From positions 4,096,001 to 4,160,000 of the forward strand of contig OZ244048.1 in assembly GCA_965215265.1 (NCBI GenBank): 64,000 bases of DNA, read 5' to 3'. Source of the stretch: Candidatus Poribacteria bacterium. Its GTDB lineage: Bacteria > Poribacteria > WGA-4E > WGA-3G. Both the position numbers and the translations under genes were made by a program. The notes beneath the pieces are model-generated. The model did no database searches and was not told the DNA's origin. It saw only the letters and a program-made list of their open reading frames with translations. Of the stretch, positions 59,045 to 64,000 are shown piece after piece (position 1 is the stretch's first letter; every line of letters starts with the position of its first letter).

Positions 59045-59464
59045 TCATATCTGGACTAGTTCAATGAGAATGCCATCCGGGTCTTTCGCGCAAATAACAC
59101 CGGCCGCATCCGGCGCACTCACAGGTTCGGATAAGAATTCTACACCGTGCTGTTTTAATTTTTCAACCGTCTCCTCAATGTTCTCAACAAAAAAGGTGAG
59201 CCAGCGAACGCCAGCAGAAAAACCTGCAGCTGGGGATGCCGGTGGGGGTTGTATCTCCATCAATTTGATCAACGTGTTGCCGGCTTTGAGGCGCACCTGC
59301 CGGAAACCCATCGGCGCAAGCCCTACCTCGCGTGCAAGCGATTCAGGGATATCCAGCTCCAGCACAATTTCAAAACCTAACTGTTTGTGGTAAAAGTTGA
59401 GGGATTCCGCAAAATTGCTACATGTAATCGCAATGTCAACGGTCGGATGCGATAAGGTTAACAC
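59045..59464 (-). CDS. VOC (glyoxalase) family protein
   Basis: SLNFY...LGF, KDPDGILIELVQ. Confidence 0.88.
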   Translation of the reverse strand: MLTLSHPTVDIAITCSNFAESLNFYHKQLGFEIVLELDIPESLAREVGLAPMGFRQVRLKAGNTLIKLMEIQPPPASPAAGFSAGVRWLTFFVENIEETVEKLKQHGVEFLSEPVSAPDAAGVICAKDPDGILIELVQI

Positions 59465-59676
59465 GTGGCTTGACCTCCTCTGATATTACAAATTTTTGAG
59501 GATGAAGACTGCCTCACGAAACTGCCCAAGGGGACGTGCGTTATAGGTAAACTCGATAGGAATGACAATTCTCTGGCGTAAAAGAGCCGCGGCATCCGGA
59601 ATCGGAATTGAGAAAACCAGCCTGCCGTCTCTCTTCGTCTGAATTTCCGCTACAATGCTGCTTAAACTCACCCCTC

Positions 59677-61065
59677 TTATTCTTCAGCGAACTGAGGTCT
59701 TCCGAGTGCATCGGTTCTACCTTGGCGTTTATAATGTGGCAGATGTCCGTCAGCATCGGCTAGGATACGTTCTCGCGCGAGCGAGATGCGCTCAGGGCTC
59801 TGGTCCGCGATGTTGTGCTGACAGGCTACGTCTACCTCCAAATCGAATAGACGTATATCTTGTTGGAAATTGACACTAGAAAAATACCAATTCTTCGCAT
59901 CTTTGTACCAGACAGAGTTGACATAGCGGCAAGTGAGGTATTGACGTGACTCAAAACCGCTTTTGCCTTCAACCAATGGAAGTAGACTTTGCCCTTGAAT
60001 TTCCCCGGCCGGCTCGACTTGGCTGGCGGCAATCACAGTCGCCGGAACATCGAGCGTATAGACGAATTCGTCGCAGGTTGTGCCAGCATTGATACCAGAA
60101 GGATGGCTCACTAATAACGGAATATCCATTGTGCCGGGGTACATAAAGTTGGCGGGTTTGCCAGTGGCTTTATCCGGATTCTCCGCGAAGTTAGTGCCGT
60201 GATCGCTGAGGAAGATAATGAGCGTGTTTTCCCGCAATCCGAGCCGGTCGATAGTATCAACCAATTTTCCGAACCACGTATCAACGAGCGTAACCAGACC
60301 GGCATAGTTTGCTTTGACACTCGGCAGCCGTTCTTCAAGTTCTTCGTCCTTGAGAGCGCCGTAAGGCAAATTGAGACAAATCGGTTCGCGATGTTCGCGG
60401 CTCCCGTAGATATCGTAGTAGTGGATCGGCGCTTCCCACGTTTCGTGAGGAGTAAACCCATCTACATAGAGGTAAAAGGGGGTATTTTTATGATTATGTT
60501 CAACGAATTCTATTGCAGAGCGGAACAAGCGTGCAGCAGGCCACATTTCTTCAGGCCGTTCAGGTTGGACGTTCACAATATGCGCACGAACGCGCTCCGG
60601 ATTCCCCCGGTAGCGCGAGAGCAGCTTCGCATCGGCGTGGGCACCACCGCGGTACCTATCTTCGGCTTGCCCCCTTACAAACTCCCACTGCCGAAACCCA
60701 CGCGTGAAGTTCATCCCAGGCACAAAATAGTGCGGTACATCGGCAAAAAAACCAGTGTGATACCCATTTTGGACGAGAGATTCAGCAATCGCCGGTTCAT
60801 CCGAAGACATGGGCTGCCATCCGGGTGTATAGACATTGTCCCACGGTACCGGTGTATAATTCCGGAAAGGAAAGGCACGTCTGCCGGTATGTAAAGTGCG
60901 GCGCGTCGGAATCGTTGGTAAGCATTCCGGATGCGCGTTCGTAAATCTAACGCTCTCTTTGGCAAACCGTGCTAAATTCGGTGTCTGAATCCAATCGTTG
61001 CCGTAAGGGCTAAGGTAAGCAGTTCGAAGCGTATCTGAAACCACGACGACAATATTCCAACTCAT
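59677..61065 (-). CDS. Sulfatase-like hydrolase (alkaline phosphatase superfamily)
   Basis: SDTLR, PTIPTRRTLHTG, PHETW, SDHG. Confidence 0.88.
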   Translation of the reverse strand: MSWNIVVVVSDTLRTAYLSPYGNDWIQTPNLARFAKESVRFTNAHPECLPTIPTRRTLHTGRRAFPFRNYTPVPWDNVYTPGWQPMSSDEPAIAESLVQNGYHTGFFADVPHYFVPGMNFTRGFRQWEFVRGQAEDRYRGGAHADAKLLSRYRGNPERVRAHIVNVQPERPEEMWPAARLFRSAIEFVEHNHKNTPFYLYVDGFTPHETWEAPIHYYDIYGSREHREPICLNLPYGALKDEELEERLPSVKANYAGLVTLVDTWFGKLVDTIDRLGLRENTLIIFLSDHGTNFAENPDKATGKPANFMYPGTMDIPLLVSHPSGINAGTTCDEFVYTLDVPATVIAASQVEPAGEIQGQSLLPLVEGKSGFESRQYLTCRYVNSVWYKDAKNWYFSSVNFQQDIRLFDLEVDVACQHNIADQSPERISLARERILADADGHLPHYKRQGRTDALGRPQFAEE

Positions 61066-61086
61066 CTTTCTGACCTCCTATCTGAA

Positions 61087-61386
61087 TTAAGCCGTATAAT
61101 CAAAAACTAATACATCCTCAACGAGCGGCCGGATGTGCTCACCGGCGACTTGCCGATGAAACGGATGCGGCAAGTAAGCATCTCGCGCAGTCTCATCCGT
61201 AAACCGGACGATGAAACCGTAATCATACCCCTGATTTTTGCCTTCCGGGCTGTTGTTAGTACCAGCAGTAATCGATGTTATCCCCGGAATCTCGCCTGCC
61301 ATTCTCTGCAGTGCCTCGCCCAAACTTTCCAATTGCGTTGACGTAATCCCCGATTTCAACTTGAGTAAGACGATGTGTTCAACCAT
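61087..61386 (-). CDS. Dabb family (stress-responsive A/B barrel) protein
   Basis: MVEHIVLLKLK...IPGI...G.N.SPE...GY..GF...F...YLPHP.H. Confidence 0.9.
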   Translation of the reverse strand: MVEHIVLLKLKSGITSTQLESLGEALQRMAGEIPGITSITAGTNNSPEGKNQGYDYGFIVRFTDETARDAYLPHPFHRQVAGEHIRPLVEDVLVFDYTA

Positions 61387-61633
61387 AATGCTCCCTTTCT
61401 CAGAACAGATGAAAACCAAATTGTATGGAAAATTAAACAAATTTGTTATATAATATATAAGTATCACATAATTCGTGTTTTTTCTCAACTGGTTAAATTT
61501 ATGTGGGAGAAACATTGAATTCTCCGTAATATACTCCGATATGACGGGGCATGAGGGCAAACTCAAGCATTGTCTTGAAAAACCGCAGTGCCCACGTCAT
61601 AAGGTACAAAGGAAAACGAAATGGAGGTCAAAA

Positions 61634-62247
<614 letters not shown>

Positions 62248-62349
62248 TCTGCCAGCGGATTGCTCTATTTGCTGCACAGTATCTACTATCTTGTGAGCCG
62301 AGGTTAGGAAACATCGGCTCACACGCACATCCTGCGTTCTGCCTTGCTC

Positions 62350-63036
62350 ATGAATATTCAGACTGCCGATTTCCAAGATTTCTTGCAACAATTGCCTGAA
62401 AATAGCGTGGATCTGATTTTAACCGATCCGCCATATATTATCAGCCGGTCCACCGGTTTTAAAACCCTCGGACAGAAAAGCGTCGAACGACTTGCGGTGA
62501 GTATGGATTTCGGAGAATGGGACCATGCTCCTGTTGATTTAAACATGCTTTGCCAACAAGGTTACCGGGTTTTGCGCAAAGGCGGTACAATCGCTGTTTT
62601 TTACGACTTGTGGAAAATTACGCCCTTGGCCGAAGCACTGACGCGTGCCGATTTTAAGCAACTCCGGTTTATTGAATGGTTAAAGCTGAATCCGGTACCG
62701 CTCAATAGCCGCTCTAATTACCTCTCAAATAGCCGCGAGATCGCCGTACTAGGCGTGAAAGGCGGCAAACCTACCTTCCATAGTACCTATGATAACGGCG
62801 TATATCGATTTCCTATCCACCGAGAGAAACGGTACCATCCGACACAGAAACCCTTGAAATTAATAAAAGCACTCATTGAGAAACATAGCAACCCGAACGA
62901 TTTAATTGTAGATCCTTTTCTGGGTTCCGGCACAACAGCTGTCGCGGCGATTCAGACAGGACGGCGATTCTCGGGGTGTGATATCAATGCGAAGTACGTC
63001 AAAGTCGCACAGCAGCGAATCCAGGATGCCGTGTAA
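62350..63036 (+). CDS. Orphan N4/N6 DNA methyltransferase (beta class)
   Basis: LILTDPPY before HPTQKP and DPFLGSGTT. No adjacent endonuclease. Confidence 0.92.
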   Translation: MNIQTADFQDFLQQLPENSVDLILTDPPYIISRSTGFKTLGQKSVERLAVSMDFGEWDHAPVDLNMLCQQGYRVLRKGGTIAVFYDLWKITPLAEALTRADFKQLRFIEWLKLNPVPLNSRSNYLSNSREIAVLGVKGGKPTFHSTYDNGVYRFPIHREKRYHPTQKPLKLIKALIEKHSNPNDLIVDPFLGSGTTAVAAIQTGRRFSGCDINAKYVKVAQQRIQDAV

Positions 63037-63249
63037 CCTCTTTTGAGGGGCCCCCTTTAATAACTAACAGATAGTGTGCAAGCATCTAAACCTTTAAACC
63101 TTTCGTGCCGGGGTCTGCGCGGCTACCACGTTCAAACCTGCACAAACTATAAAATCCTCACATTTGCCCGATTTCGTGCAGCACGTGCTGTATCTGCCCT
63201 AAATGGGGCAGATACAGCACGGTAAGGCGCAGATATGGGACGCGTTTAA

Positions 63250-63265
63250 TGGCACGCTATTTGCA
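63250..63265 (+). promoter_or_regulatory. Sigma54 (-24/-12) promoter
   Basis: TGGCAC-GCTAT-TTGCA, exact GG-N10-GC consensus, ~110 bp upstream of the WD40 gene. Confidence 0.75.
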
Positions 63266-63374
63266 CGTATCCCCTTATCAACTAAAGAAAGTATAGCATC
63301 CCGACCGCTGCTAATTACAGCCTAAACCGGTTTGCTTGATTACATACAGTTGCTAATAGGTAGGAGGATTTCTG

Positions 63375-64000
63375 ATGAAGATAAAACCAGTACTCTACAG
63401 AGTGATATTCCTGATTTACACGGTGTTTGTCTTAATTCCGAACAATTTCGCACAAGAAGTTCCGCAGTGGGGTTTGCCTAACAATGCGAAAGCATATCTC
63501 GGATATGGTAAAATAAATGATATAAAATTCTCACCGGACAGCACTCGCCTTGCAGTGGGAAGTACCATGGGGGTGTGGATATATGATGCACGCACCGGTG
63601 AGGAGTTATTCCAATTTACGGAAGAGCCGCATTGCGTCTATAAAGTCGCGTTCTCTCCGGATGGCACTCAGCTTGCGACTGGGGGAACCGATGGAAAAAT
63701 TGAGTTATGGGGGCTGGACACCGGCCGCCAACTATCACTCCATGGTACCCAAATTGAGACAGTATTAGCGTTGCGTTTTTCTTCGGACAGCTCTATGCTT
63801 GCTAGCCAAGGTAGAAACGGACTAATTCAAGTCTGGGATACCAAGACTGGCAACAACTTAGCGAGTATTACAACTTCCATGCCCGGAAGAGCGTTGGCAT
63901 TTTCTCCGGATGGAGAAATACTCGCGAGTATCGGAACAGAGGGCAAAATCCGCTTGTGGCATGCACACACAGGGAATCTTCGTGCTACCCTCAAGGGACA
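63375..64000 (+). CDS. Secreted WD40-repeat protein (3'-truncated by window edge)
   Basis: AGGAGG RBS, signal peptide, QWGLP, FSPDSTRLAV..GVWIYDA, AFSPDGTQLATG, AFSPDGEILAS..IRLW. Absent from the ORF track because there is no stop. Confidence 0.9.
   Translation, partial: MKIKPVLYRVIFLIYTVFVLIPNNFAQEVPQWGLPNNAKAYLGYGKINDIKFSPDSTRLAVGSTMGVWIYDARTGEELFQFTEEPHCVYKVAFSPDGTQLATGGTDGKIELWGLDTGRQLSLHGTQIETVLALRFSSDSSMLASQGRNGLIQVWDTKTGNNLASITTSMPGRALAFSPDGEILASIGTEGKIRLWHAHTGNLRATLKG

Overview
Bacterial chromosomal window, most likely Candidatus Poribacteria (inferred from family content: WD40, LamG, LRR/lamin-tail, dockerin-FGE, PhyH, sulfatase, FlgD/T9SS-like C-terminal domain and a recurring C-terminal 'KLTTTWxxIK' tail). 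Contents in order: a GH101/GH129-related hydrolase; a tandem tRNA-Asn pair; a decayed patch (TPP-enzyme, sigma-factor and IS607 fragments); an ABC ATPase; an amplified locus of Rpn-like PD-(D/E)XK nucleases with stand-alone copies of their C-terminal domain; a large surface protein split inside an LRR; transketolase; an orphan type III-like methyltransferase frameshifted at a G8 tract beside a dead integrase; a ~21.5 kb Fur-boxed iron/heme uptake island; two mirror-image modules of dockerin/FGE (C-type-lectin fold) genes with DGR-like variable ends, each followed by hairpins and Rpn genes; a PhyH/VOC/sulfatase/Dabb cluster; a (TTGC)11-frameshifted secreted protein; an orphan methyltransferase; and a sigma54-driven WD40 gene. 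Strongest novelty candidates: (1) nucleases with an internal RBS+ATG plus tandem orphan copies of only that internal product (a putative expandable antitoxin array); (2) remote DGR targets with the adenine-mutagenesis codon signature but no RT/TR in the window; (3) a shared C-terminal sorting-like motif; (4) several repeat-tract ON/OFF switches. All product calls come from motif recognition by eye; no database searches were run.
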